A stretch of DNA of 19,783 nucleotides from a virus (taxonomy: Duplodnaviria; Heunggongvirae; Uroviricota; Caudoviricetes): positions 1 through 19,783 of IMG/VR virus record IMGVR_UViG_2778261691_000003; one strand, written 5' to 3'. A program made the translations under genes and the position numbers. This document shows, piece by piece, positions 1 through 7,740 of this stretch (position 1 is its first letter; each line of letters opens with the position of its first letter). Under the pieces are notes generated by a model. The model was given only the letters and a program-made list of their open reading frames with translations, was not told the origin of the DNA and ran no database searches.

Positions 1-323
1 GGTCCAACTGAGCCCCATTTCACGGGATTTTTCGGTAATACCATTCTCCCGATTGCCCCAGCGTTCCATAATCCAGTGGATCCACTCCTCCTGCTTAGGG
101 AAGAGTAAAAACGGAATGGTCACCGGCAGGCCATAATCAATATTACGCGGGTCCGTTGTCATGCCCCAGTCGATGATGAACTGAGCCGGATTAGTTCGGT
201 AAAACTGTTTTAGTGCAGGCAATATTTCAGGATTCTGGCGAATGCGCTGTAGGCGTTCCATCCGCCATTCAAAAACCATCTGGTAATCAGGATGTTTAAA
301 ATCGAAGGGGAATGGTAACGGCA
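1..323 (-). CDS. putative terminase large subunit, N-terminal fragment (continues beyond window start)
   Basis: Minus-strand ORF starting at ATG 321-323, 3 nt after the small-terminase stop, and running off the window. My translation begins [32 protein letters not shown]. Called from gene order only (terS then terL); family not verified. Confidence 0.45.
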
Positions 324-326
324 TAC

Positions 327-881
327 TTAGCCCATTATTTTTCTATACGCCTCTGCAGCCTGCTCCGGCGTTAAGTTGGTAATTTCTGTTCTGACTGGTC
401 CTCCGTCAGCACCAGTCACTTCATTTTTGACATTGTCTTTAAACGCCTGAACAGAAACATGACGCCCGAGCAACTCAAGGTTTTTAACCTTATCAGGCCA
501 TTTGATTTTCTTCAGGAGAGCAGCACTATCTGCTGATGCCATCTCGACGACATCCATTCCTGATAGCGTTGTACGCCACACCTTAGGCCAGTCTTTAATC
601 GGCTTCAGTTCGCCATTGGCAAGCAGAATGTCAAGCACGTCCATCTGATCGATTTCAATCAGCCGTCGCAATACATAGGCAGCGTCTATACCTACCTCTT
701 CATTGCGTTCAGCCTTTAGCTCAGCAATGCGATCTGCTATGTCAGGTTTTGACAGGTTCTCGCTACCAGTGGCGCGAGCAGTTTTTTCGCTGTAACCCGC
801 CCTGATAGCTGCCTGAGTGGCGTTTAAATCTTTCAGGTACTCACGGGCAAACAGCTCTTGTTTGTCTGTGAGCTTTGCCAT
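327..881 (-). CDS. terminase small subunit (P27/Terminase_2-like)
   Basis: 184 aa ORF; N-terminus [52 protein letters not shown] matches the conserved HTH region of phage small terminase subunits as I recall them; ATG at 879-881. Confidence 0.8.
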   Translation of the reverse strand: MAKLTDKQELFAREYLKDLNATQAAIRAGYSEKTARATGSENLSKPDIADRIAELKAERNEEVGIDAAYVLRRLIEIDQMDVLDILLANGELKPIKDWPKVWRTTLSGMDVVEMASADSAALLKKIKWPDKVKNLELLGRHVSVQAFKDNVKNEVTGADGGPVRTEITNLTPEQAAEAYRKIMG

Positions 882-984
882 TGTTGGCTCCGTTTATCCG
901 TTAAAAGGGATATCAGTTAAGTTATCCCGTGTAGGGTATAAGCCATTATCAAAGCCACTCTATAGGGAATGGCTTTTGTAATAA

Positions 985-1365
985 CTACTGTTCGCTTAGC
1001 TTCTGCTTCAGCAAGTAACCTTCGAGCATCCAGATTTTGTTTACAGCATTTTGCCGGGCAATCTTCCGACCAATTTCTGCATCAAAGTTTTCCGGGCTTG
1101 CACAGGCGCTCTCTCCGGTGACGGTGAAGCCATTCTTCAGCACCAGTACGCAGAAAGTGAGCAACTTCAATGGTGATAAATCACGATCGCCTTCTTCTGG
1201 TTTTTCCCTGCCACAATATTCGTTGCTGGAAATGGCACCATTTCGTCCATCATAAGCAGTAAAGTAATGCTCGCTTTTAATCACGTCTTCGATGTGCTGC
1301 GGGGTGATTCGCGGTGCCGTTTGGCCTTTCTCAACGATTTCTTTTTCGATTTGCTGGTCGTTCAT
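985..1365 (-). CDS. Gp49-like phage protein (Phage_gp49_66-like family), function unknown
   Basis: 126 aa ORF with ATG at 1363-1365; sequence pattern recalled from hypothetical proteins found between lysis and packaging genes in lambdoid and Sf6-like phages. Confidence 0.55.
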   Translation of the reverse strand: MNDQQIEKEIVEKGQTAPRITPQHIEDVIKSEHYFTAYDGRNGAISSNEYCGREKPEEGDRDLSPLKLLTFCVLVLKNGFTVTGESACASPENFDAEIGRKIARQNAVNKIWMLEGYLLKQKLSEQ

Positions 1366-1595
1366 AATTATGACCCTGTGGAGTGGTTGCTTGATTAGGA
1401 TGTCTTTCCATCAGTCCGCCACCACAAAGAATCTTTTTTGCCATAAGGCTGGAGGTTCATCTTTCAGTGGCTGCCAGTGTTATTTCCCCACTTACTGGCT
1501 TGGGTTGTTTCGCTGTACTGCCGTAACTGGTTGCCCAGAATAAATCCCGGTTTCATTATCAAGCCCACCCGTAGATAGGCTTTGTAATAACATCT

Positions 1596-2120
1596 TCAAT
1601 TAATCAGCAGTTCAGGCTGTGTCACCTGCAAGATGTATTCATGCTCGACAGCCAGGACACGCTTCTCTTTCTTCCGTTCGTTCATTAACCGACTGCCGAT
1701 CGTGCCTTTCAGCTTTGAGCGTGTTTCTTTGATGGCGTAGCGGTGCTGCATTTCTTCGCCAATTGCCATGCGGCGGCTCAGTTGCTCTGCCATCCAGTTG
1801 AATGCTGCGATATAGCTCTCCTTGATTGCCGCAGCAGCTTTCCCGGTGAACCCCATCACAACCATGATCCAGCCATCTTTCGTCAGGCTGTACATCGGGC
1901 GAACCTTGCCCTGTTCATCGATATAATCAGCCGACGCAAAATTGCGTTGGCTAAACTCACGCGAGCAATCAGCCTTAACCCGCTCGATTTTCCTGAGAAC
2001 ATCACCGTGCCGCTTGCCGAAGTACTTGGCAATTTTTCTGGATGTGGTAACGACCTCTCCGTTTTTGGCTTGCACCATTTCTCGGAAGTCGAAGGCTGGA
2101 ATAACTGAATGATTATTCAT
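1596..2120 (-). CDS. rha: Rha-family phage regulatory protein (antirepressor-like)
   Basis: ORF track gives 1596..2189; I place the start at the internal ATG 2118-2120 (MNNHSVIPAFDFREMVQAKNGEVVTTSRKIAKYFGKRHGDVLRKIERV), preceded by AAGG; this N-terminal region is typical of Rha proteins. Confidence 0.8.
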   Translation of the reverse strand: MNNHSVIPAFDFREMVQAKNGEVVTTSRKIAKYFGKRHGDVLRKIERVKADCSREFSQRNFASADYIDEQGKVRPMYSLTKDGWIMVVMGFTGKAAAAIKESYIAAFNWMAEQLSRRMAIGEEMQHRYAIKETRSKLKGTIGSRLMNERKKEKRVLAVEHEYILQVTQPELLIN

Positions 2121-2267
2121 AGCGTCTTTACCTTTTAGAAAGATGAGCCTGTTCGCACAGAAAAGCCGCCCCGAGATGGTCGCCACCATATACGGCAGTT
2201 CTCAGGCTCAGCTTTCTGAAAGACTCGGGATTGTTACGCGCTGCGATGCGCGGTTTACTGCAGATAT

Positions 2268-2291
2268 AAAAAAGCCCCGCGAATGCGAGGC
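2268..2291 (-). terminator. rho-independent terminator candidate downstream of lysis cassette
   Basis: On minus strand: stem GCCUCGC, loop AUUC, stem GCGGGGC (7 bp including one G-U), followed by UUUUUU (plus 2268-2273 is AAAAAA). Confidence 0.55.
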
Positions 2292-2465
2292 TAAATCCTG
2301 GTGTTTGTAATGACTGGCTCTTATCTCAACGCAGCCCCTTACCGCGCGCCATATGCTTAACTTCAAGCATCAGCAATGAGATGTTTAATCTGGATTCACT
2401 CCAGAAGTGATCACCACCCTGTCTACAGAGCCAGATGTGAAGGATGATGAGTAAAATTATCGCTA

Positions 2466-2933
2466 TCATCGAGGGCATTGCGTCCTGATGTATTCCTGAA
2501 GCGTTCTCAGTGCTGTTTGGTCGCGGATAATTCCGTCCCGGACACCGAGAACGTTTCGTCCAGCAACTGGAGAGAGTTCGACGGTGGCATCATTGCCCAT
2601 GCCGGAGGCGCCGGAGGTTTCGGCTGAGGATGGCACAGGGCATTTTCCTTTGACGAGCACCCTGCCACCATTATCAAGCTTGCGCCGAAGAGCATCATTT
2701 TCAGCTTTCGCATCAGCTAACTCCTTCGTGTATTTAGCATCAAGTGCATCAGCATCACGCTGGCGCTGCTGCATGTCAGTAATGGTGGCAGTCGCCTGCT
2801 TCAGCTCACTGACTTTTTTATCGCGCTGCTCTTTGTAGGTAATGGCGTTATCACGGTAATGATTAACAGCCCATGACAGGCAGACGATGATGCAGATAAT
2901 CAGAGCGGAGATAATCGCGGTTACTCTGCTCAT
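2466..2933 (-). CDS. Rz: Rz i-spanin (inner-membrane spanin component)
   Basis: 155 aa; N-terminus [34 protein letters not shown] is near-identical to lambda Rz as recalled; the C-terminal half diverges. Start overlaps the R stop. Confidence 0.85.
   Translation of the reverse strand: MSRVTAIISALIICIIVCLSWAVNHYRDNAITYKEQRDKKVSELKQATATITDMQQRQRDADALDAKYTKELADAKAENDALRRKLDNGGRVLVKGKCPVPSSAETSGASGMGNDATVELSPVAGRNVLGVRDGIIRDQTALRTLQEYIRTQCPR
2507..2713 (-). CDS. Rz1: Rz1 o-spanin lipoprotein, embedded in the +1 frame of Rz
   Basis: 68 aa ORF lying wholly inside Rz in another frame; [21 protein letters not shown] has a lipobox (VAGC) and is followed by a proline-rich stretch [11 protein letters not shown], as in lambda Rz1. 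Confidence 0.8.
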   Translation of the reverse strand: MRKLKMMLFGASLIMVAGCSSKENALCHPQPKPPAPPAWAMMPPSNSLQLLDETFSVSGTELSATKQH

Positions 2934-3406
2934 ACCTCAATCTCTCTGACCGTTCCGCCTGCTTCTTTAAATTTTGCAATCAGGCTGTCAACTTTATGCT
3001 CGAACTGACCATAACCAGCGCCCGGCAGTGAAGCCCATATATTGCTGCAACGATCGATAGCCTGACGGATATCACCGCGATCAATCATCGGTAAAGCGCC
3101 ACGCTCTTTAATCTGTTGCAGTGCCACAGCGTCCTGGCTTTTAGGAGAGAAGTCTTTCAGGCCAAGCTGCTTACGGTAGGCATCCCACCAACGGGAAAGA
3201 AGCTGGTAGCGCCCGGCGGCTGTTGATTTGAGTTTGGGGTTTAGCGTGACAAGTTTGCGAGGGTGATCGGAGTAATCAGTGAATAGCTCTCCGCCTACAA
3301 TGACGTCATAACCATGATTTCTGGTTTTCTGCCGTCCGTTATCAGTTCCCTCCGACCACGCCAGCATATCGAGGAACGCCTTACGTTGATTATTGATTTC
3401 CACCAT
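2930..3406 (-). CDS. R: endolysin R (lytic transglycosylase)
   Basis: 158 aa; [52 protein letters not shown] is essentially the lambda R sequence as recalled. Confidence 0.95.
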   Translation of the reverse strand: MVEINNQRKAFLDMLAWSEGTDNGRQKTRNHGYDVIVGGELFTDYSDHPRKLVTLNPKLKSTAAGRYQLLSRWWDAYRKQLGLKDFSPKSQDAVALQQIKERGALPMIDRGDIRQAIDRCSNIWASLPGAGYGQFEHKVDSLIAKFKEAGGTVREIEV

Positions 3407-3713
3407 CTTCTACTCCGGCTTTTTTAGCAGCGAAGCGTTTGATAAGCGAACCAATCGAGTCAGTGCCGATGTAGCCGATGAACACGCTCGTTATATAAGC
3501 GAGATTACTACTTAGTCCGGCGAAGTCGAGAAGGTCACGAATGAACCAGGCGATAATGGCGCACATCGTTGCGTCGATTACTGTTTTTGTAAACGCACCG
3601 CCATTATATCTGCCGCGAAGGTACGCCATTGCAAACGCAAGGATTGCCCCGATGCCTTGTTCCTTTGCCGCGAGAATGGCGGCTAACAGGTCATGTTTTT
3701 CTGGCATCTTCAT
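3390..3713 (-). CDS. S: holin/antiholin S (dual-start S107/S105)
   Basis: 107 aa; [62 protein letters not shown] matches lambda S including the Met1-Lys2-Met3 dual start; upstream DNA ...CCCCTTATTGGGGGTAAGAC-ATG is lambda-like. Confidence 0.95.
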   Translation of the reverse strand: MKMPEKHDLLAAILAAKEQGIGAILAFAMAYLRGRYNGGAFTKTVIDATMCAIIAWFIRDLLDFAGLSSNLAYITSVFIGYIGTDSIGSLIKRFAAKKAGVEDGGNQ

Positions 3714-3838
3714 GTCTTACCCCCAATAAGGGGATTTGCTCTATTTAATTAGTAATAAGGTCGATTACTGATAGAACAAATCCAGGCTACTGTGTTTAGT
3801 AATCAGATTTGTTCGTGACCGATATGCACGGGCAAAAC

Positions 3839-3868
3839 GGCAGGAGGTTGTTAGCGCGACCTCCTGCC
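3839..3868 (-). terminator. stem-loop with short U-run on minus strand, between tRNAs and S (possible tR'-like element)
   Basis: Perfect 9-bp inverted repeat GGCAGGAGG / CCTCCTGCC with a 12-nt loop; minus-strand RNA is followed by GUUUUGCCC (only 4 U). Confidence 0.4.
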
Positions 3869-3955
3869 ACCCGCTTTCACGAAGATCATGTGTAGAAGGC
3901 CGCAGCGTAACTATCACTGATGAATTCAGGATAGCCAGTGGCTACGGCTCAGTTA

Positions 3956-4031
3956 TGGTGCTGGTTAACGGACTTGAACCGCTACCCATTCGCTTACAAG
4001 GCGACTGCTCTACCATTGGAGCTAAACCAGC
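3956..4031 (-). tRNA. tRNA-Thr (anticodon UGU), phage-encoded
   Basis: 76-nt minus-strand sequence GCTGGTT TA GCTC CAATGGTA GAGC A GTCGC CTTGTAA GCGAA TGGGT AGCGG TTCAAGT CCGTT AACCAGC A CCA. Perfect 7-bp acceptor stem, 4-bp D stem, T-loop TTCAAGT, encoded CCA; anticodon loop CUUGUAA gives UGU. Confidence 0.75.
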
Positions 4032-4036
4032 ATGTT

Positions 4037-4111
4037 TGGCGGGACAGCGTGGGCTCGAACCACGATAAGAAGGTTAACAGCCTTCCGTAATGACCTTTAT
4101 ACGACTGACCC
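4037..4111 (-). tRNA. tRNA-like gene, possibly tRNA-Asn (anticodon GUU), atypical
   Basis: 75 nt: GGGTCAG TC GTA TAAAGGTCAT TAC G GAAGG CTGTTAA CCTTC TTAT CGTGG TTCGAGC CCACG CTGTCCC G CCA. Perfect T arm and anticodon stem, but one U-U mismatch in the acceptor stem and only a 3-bp D stem; lies 5 nt upstream of the tRNA-Thr. Confidence 0.45.
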
Positions 4112-4157
4112 AAATAAAAAAAGCCACCGTTGCAACTTAAGAGTCACTAACGGCAGC
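4112..4157 (-). terminator. terminator-like hairpin plus U-tract between Q and the tRNA pair
   Basis: Minus-strand GCUGCCGUU...AACGGUGGC (9 bp with two G-U, 17-nt loop) followed by UUUUUUUAUUU; the large loop lowers confidence. Confidence 0.3.
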
Positions 4158-4174
4158 TTACCTTCTAATTATGG

Positions 4175-4693
4175 CTAAATGGATAATTGCATGTCAAGGC
4201 TTTTAACAGCAACATGCTTAACTTTCTCAACACGTTTACGCATTTTGAAAGCATTTTGCATTGGCTGGTACAAAACAAATAACGACGCTTTCAGGATGTC
4301 GTCAATTTCGTTTCTACAGGTTGCCAGTGAAGGTTTTCTACATCCCTCGCCACCACGTCCACACATCTTGCGTGGCTTTGCAGTCGCGTGATAGTAGGAT
4401 GCAATTGCTCGCTTAGATGAACCATGAGCGTAGTAGCTGAGGAGGATGCCAAAGGCTTTCTTGTCAATGTACATGACGGAATCGACGACCTGAGAAATCA
4501 ACATTCCATCATCATCATTGCACATTGGCCTTGTCATAACTCTTCCCGGCTCTACGCTCTCCATGAACTTCGCTATTACGCTGCTCATGCGCTTTTCCAG
4601 ACGACCTGAATAAACCCATGCGCCCCACAGTTCAAGCCAGCCATTCAGCCACTCATGCTGTTCTTTGGTGAGGTTTAGTTCTCTTATGCCCAC
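4175..4693 (-). CDS. Q: late-gene antiterminator Q (non-lambda type; phage-82/21-like Q family)
   Basis: 172 aa with the WLELWGAW motif recalled from the Phage_antitermQ family; sits between ninI and the lysis genes; GTG start at 4693 preceded by GGGAGAAGG; overlaps the ninI stop by 10 nt. Confidence 0.7.
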   Translation of the reverse strand: MGIRELNLTKEQHEWLNGWLELWGAWVYSGRLEKRMSSVIAKFMESVEPGRVMTRPMCNDDDGMLISQVVDSVMYIDKKAFGILLSYYAHGSSKRAIASYYHATAKPRKMCGRGGEGCRKPSLATCRNEIDDILKASLFVLYQPMQNAFKMRKRVEKVKHVAVKSLDMQLSI

Positions 4694-5352
4694 GCGCCTT
4701 CTCCCTGTACCTGAATCAATGTGAGATTTCCGCAGAACACTGCGCCGGTATCGATATACATCTGGTTGGCAAATTTGAGTGGTTTCACTGCTGGCGTATG
4801 ACCAAAGATGAACGTGTCCGCGCCTTTAATTTCTTTCACGATCCCGTTTTGTGAGTTGCTGATTCGTTCGCGGTTCCAGATTACCTGCTGATGATCAACT
4901 GGCTTTCCAAATTCGTATTCGTCACAAGGATAATCGGCGTGGCAGATGACATATTTTTTACCTTTGCTCACCAGTTCGATGATTAACGGAAGTTCTTCTG
5001 CTTTATGGGCAAGAGCTTTAGCCAGAATTTCTTTGTCGTAATCGAGATTAAAGAACCAGCCACCGCCATTAAGCAGCCAGTGATTAACGTTTCCACGCTC
5101 TGATAAGCCATCAATCATCATTTGCTCATGGTTTCCACGTACAGCTCTGAACCAGGGGAATGTGATTAATTCCATACATTCGACGTTCTCTGTACCGCGA
5201 TCAACCAAATCGCCAACCGAGATAAGCAGGTCTTTTTTGGTGTCGAATCCTATCGTCTCCAGTTTTTTCATCAGGTTCGTGTAGCATCCGTGCAGATCGC
5301 CAACTACCCAAATATTTCGGTATTTGCTGCCATCAATTCTTTCGTAATAGCG
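4684..5352 (-). CDS. ninI: NinI Ser/Thr protein phosphatase
   Basis: From the internal Met: [29 protein letters not shown]...GDLVDRG...GNHE, a metallophosphatase signature near-identical to lambda NinI (221 aa). The ORF-track extension 5353-5430 is treated as non-coding. Confidence 0.9.
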   Translation of the reverse strand, partial: RYYERIDGSKYRNIWVVGDLHGCYTNLMKKLETIGFDTKKDLLISVGDLVDRGTENVECMELITFPWFRAVRGNHEQMMIDGLSERGNVNHWLLNGGGWFFNLDYDKEILAKALAHKAEELPLIIELVSKGKKYVICHADYPCDEYEFGKPVDHQQVIWNRERISNSQNGIVKEIKGADTFIFGHTPAVKPLKFANQMYIDTGAVFCGNLTLIQVQGEGAWA

Positions 5353-5539
5353 CATCTCTTTCACTCCATCCGCGATGAACCATAAGAACGTCGTTGACGA
5401 TGGCGTGCATTTTCCCGTCTTTATCATCAACGTATTTTCTGACCGTACCGCGACTACATTTCAGTCTGCGTGCTACTTCTGTCTGGTTTCCGTATGCTTC
5501 AACGAGCATGTCTGGAATGGTTTTTACTGAGAACGTCAT
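5333..5539 (-). CDS. ninH: NinH
   Basis: 68 aa, [37 protein letters not shown]..., matching lambda NinH as recalled. Confidence 0.85.
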   Translation of the reverse strand: MTFSVKTIPDMLVEAYGNQTEVARRLKCSRGTVRKYVDDKDGKMHAIVNDVLMVHRGWSERDALLRKN

Positions 5540-6147
5540 GCGGCCTCACTTCTGCTATTTCGCAGGTCTTTGAGTTTCTGTTGGTACTCTGCCTTGATCG
5601 CCTTGCACTCTTCGACAGTCCAGCGATGGCGGTTATGGTTTGATTCGATTTCGTCTACTGCTTCCTGCCCGATTCGGTTAATCAGTTCGACGCGATACGG
5701 AACGAGATTTCCGCTTTTATGCTGGTTGCACACCACGCATTGCTTGTGAATATTTCGTTCATCAAATCGGAGTTGAGGTGCCGCAGCAGTTGTCCGGTAA
5801 TGCCCGGCATCCCACTGAGCAGACGTGAGCGTTCCGCACGAGATACATGGTAAGTCGCGGTCTCTTTCTCTGATGAAGGCGTTTACGGCTTGTTGGGCTT
5901 GTTTAATCCAGTAACTGCGGGGCTTTAAGGCGAGTTTTCGAATCTTAAGTTTATCTTTCTGTTTCTGCTCCTCTCGTCGCCGTTTCTTCTCTGCTGCTTT
6001 TTCCGCTTTTTCGCGTTCTTTGCTTCGTCGTTCGAGTGCTATCTTTGTTCCACACTCTGGAGAGCACCACCACTGATTAGCGAATGCAGGGTGAAACCAT
6101 TCCCGACATTCTTCGTTTTTACATCGTCTTCGCGCTGGTTTAGCCAT
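5536..6147 (-). CDS. ninG: NinG / Rap recombination-associated structure-specific endonuclease
   Basis: 203 aa, [33 protein letters not shown]..., matching lambda NinG (Rap) in sequence and length. Confidence 0.9.
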   Translation of the reverse strand: MAKPARRRCKNEECREWFHPAFANQWWCSPECGTKIALERRSKEREKAEKAAEKKRRREEQKQKDKLKIRKLALKPRSYWIKQAQQAVNAFIRERDRDLPCISCGTLTSAQWDAGHYRTTAAAPQLRFDERNIHKQCVVCNQHKSGNLVPYRVELINRIGQEAVDEIESNHNRHRWTVEECKAIKAEYQQKLKDLRNSRSEAA

Positions 6148-6316
6148 CGTATTCTTCCTCGTGCATCGAGCTATTCGGATCGCTCATCAGTTCTGCGCAG
6201 CAGTGCTCACACACATGAACTTCCAGCACATGCAGCTTCTGACCGCAGTTAGCGCACGTTAAAGCCCGCTCGACGCTTTCTTTCTGGTATTGAATGGATT
6301 GGGATGGGCTAAGCAT
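6140..6316 (-). CDS. ninF: NinF
   Basis: 58 aa from the internal Met: [58 protein letters not shown], matching lambda NinF; its start overlaps the stop of the upstream gene (ATGCTTAG). Confidence 0.8.
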   Translation of the reverse strand: MLSPSQSIQYQKESVERALTCANCGQKLHVLEVHVCEHCCAELMSDPNSSMHEEEYDG

Positions 6317-6710
6317 GGCTTTCACCATTAAAAAGTCGCTTGTAAGCATCAATGTCTCGTTTTGCTTCACCGAGCTTTCGTCTTAATTCCATGTTTTCTG
6401 ATTCAAGCTTTTCCATGTCTTGTTGGTATCGATCGCGGTGTTCTTTCCATGCTTTTCGATACGCCTTCATGTATGTCGTTTTGGCCTTTCTCTTTGCCTG
6501 ACGAACAGCGTGATGGTTTTCTACAAACCACTCAGGGTCGTTAAATGCTGCTCTGGCGCATGTAGACAAATAATTTGCTGCCTCCCTGTTTAGCCAACAA
6601 ATACTGATAAATGGCAACTTGATAAGCACCATTTTTCGTTGAGACTCTTTCTCGCCAAACATGTGCCATTTTTTGATGCTAAGGCCAAATCCAGGTTGAA
6701 TTAAAAGCAT
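6309..6710 (-). CDS. hypothetical protein in the ninE position (133 aa, C-terminal coiled-coil)
   Basis: The ORF track's 147 aa ORF opens on GTG; I prefer ATG 6708-6710, which has GAGGAA 8 nt upstream. Not similar to lambda NinE as I recall it. Confidence 0.5.
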   Translation of the reverse strand: MLLIQPGFGLSIKKWHMFGEKESQRKMVLIKLPFISICWLNREAANYLSTCARAAFNDPEWFVENHHAVRQAKRKAKTTYMKAYRKAWKEHRDRYQQDMEKLESENMELRRKLGEAKRDIDAYKRLFNGESHA

Positions 6711-6855
6711 TGTCATTTCCTCGCACGATGTCTTAGCCACCGGATATCCCACAGGTGAGCTGTGTAATTGAAGGTTTTTACGTCAGATTCTTTTGGGATT
6801 GGCTTGGATTTATTTCTGGAGCGTTTCGTTGGAAGGTATTTGCAGTTTTCTCAGA

Positions 6856-7029
6856 TTATGTCGGTGATACTTCGTCGCTGTCTCGCCACACGTCCTCCTT
6901 TTCCTGCGGTAGTGGTAACACCCCTGTTGGTGTTCTTTCACACCGGAGACACCATCGATTCCAGTAAGGTTGATTTGGTCGGAAGCGGTTATCTTCTTTG
7001 CATTCACCGCACCGATAACATCGCATCAT
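6856..7029 (-). CDS. ninD: NinD-like small zinc-ribbon protein (57 aa)
   Basis: [57 protein letters not shown]: two CxxC pairs, length equal to lambda NinD, start overlaps the ninB stop (ATGA). Confidence 0.55.
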   Translation of the reverse strand: MMRCYRCGECKEDNRFRPNQPYWNRWCLRCERTPTGVLPLPQEKEDVWRDSDEVSPT

Positions 7030-7466
7030 GCTGCCCGATCTCCCCATCTCGCTTTCCACTCCAGAGCCAGTCGCGCTTCGTCTGACCACTTAACGCCACG
7101 CTCTGTACCGAATGCCTGTATAAGCTCTAATAGCTCCGCAAATTCGCCTACACGCATCCTGCTGGTTGACTGGCCTATTACCACAAAGCCATTCCCGGCA
7201 AGGTTAGGAACAACGTCCTGCTGCTTTAATGCTGCGGTAAACACACACTTCCAGCTTTCTGCATCCAGCCAGCGACCATGCCATTCAACCTGACGAGAGA
7301 CGTCACCTAAGCAGGCCCATAGCTTCCTGTTTTGGTCTAAGCTGCGGTTGCGTTCCTGAATGGTTACTACGATTGGTTTGGTTGGGTCTGGAAGGATTTG
7401 CTGTACTGCGTGAATAGCGTTTTGCTGATGTGCTGGAGATCGAATTTCAAAGGTTAGTTTTTTCAT
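7026..7466 (-). CDS. ninB: NinB recombination protein
   Basis: 146 aa, [56 protein letters not shown]..., matching lambda NinB as recalled. Confidence 0.9.
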   Translation of the reverse strand: MKKLTFEIRSPAHQQNAIHAVQQILPDPTKPIVVTIQERNRSLDQNRKLWACLGDVSRQVEWHGRWLDAESWKCVFTAALKQQDVVPNLAGNGFVVIGQSTSRMRVGEFAELLELIQAFGTERGVKWSDEARLALEWKARWGDRAA

Positions 7467-7659
7467 GACTTCCCTCTCTAACAGATTTCAGGTTATTCCA
7501 CTCCGTTACCGCACTGCGATAATTCGCGGCCGCCACAGCGGCGTGGTTAGCGCAGTAGATTTGGCACACGTTCTCCATGTCGAATATTGTCGGTGATTTT
7601 CCGCATTTACATTTTTTGGCACGCGGTGCGTCTGAACACATTCCGTTAACGGTGTCCAT
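7447..7659 (-). CDS. hypothetical Cys-rich protein (70 aa) in the ren position
   Basis: ATG at 7657-7659 preceded by GAGGGGG; contains CKCGK...CQIYCANH; overlaps the ninB start by 20 nt. Confidence 0.5.
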   Translation of the reverse strand: MDTVNGMCSDAPRAKKCKCGKSPTIFDMENVCQIYCANHAAVAAANYRSAVTEWNNLKSVREGSHEKTNL

Positions 7660-7686
7660 CAGGATCCCCCTCGTTCTTAATCCAAT

Positions 7687-7713
7687 AAAAAAGGGCTACT
7701 GTGTAAATAGCCC
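7687..7713 (-). terminator. rho-independent terminator after the helicase gene (tR2-like position)
   Basis: Minus-strand stem GGGCUA / UAGCCC (6 bp, 9-nt loop) followed by UUUUUU then AUUGG. Confidence 0.5.
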
Positions 7714-7740
7714 CTGTTATTAGCTCAGTGATGTAGATGG

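Noticed and set aside
1037-1543. Plus-strand ORFs 1037..1255 and 1292..1543
   Set aside because: The first is antisense to the Gp49-like gene and the second overlaps its 5' end and upstream region; no RBS, low-complexity Ser/Cys-rich translations.
1743-2108. Plus-strand ORF of 121 aa
   Set aside because: Entirely antisense to the well-supported rha gene; no RBS; Cys/His-rich translation typical of an antisense frame.
2121-2189. N-terminal extension of the rha ORF (MVATISGRLFCANRLIFLKGKDA)
   Set aside because: The internal ATG at 2118-2120 begins the conserved Rha N-terminus and has its own AAGG; the extension has no RBS and looks like read-through of upstream sequence.
3541-3729. Plus-strand ORF of 62 aa
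   Set aside because: Antisense to the lambda S gene, which is near-identical to the reference protein.
4179-4609. Plus-strand ORFs 4179..4391 and 4424..4609
   Set aside because: Both lie antisense within the Q gene; no independent support.
5353-5430. Upstream extension of the ninI ORF ([25 protein letters not shown])
   Set aside because: Lambda NinI starts at MRYYE...; the extension overlaps the ninH coding region in another frame.
6755-7293. Plus-strand ORFs 6755..6967, 6768..7085, 6970..7293 and minus ORF 6810..7007
   Set aside because: All overlap the ninD/ninB coding region in antisense or alternative frames; ninB and ninD are supported by sequence identity and translational coupling.
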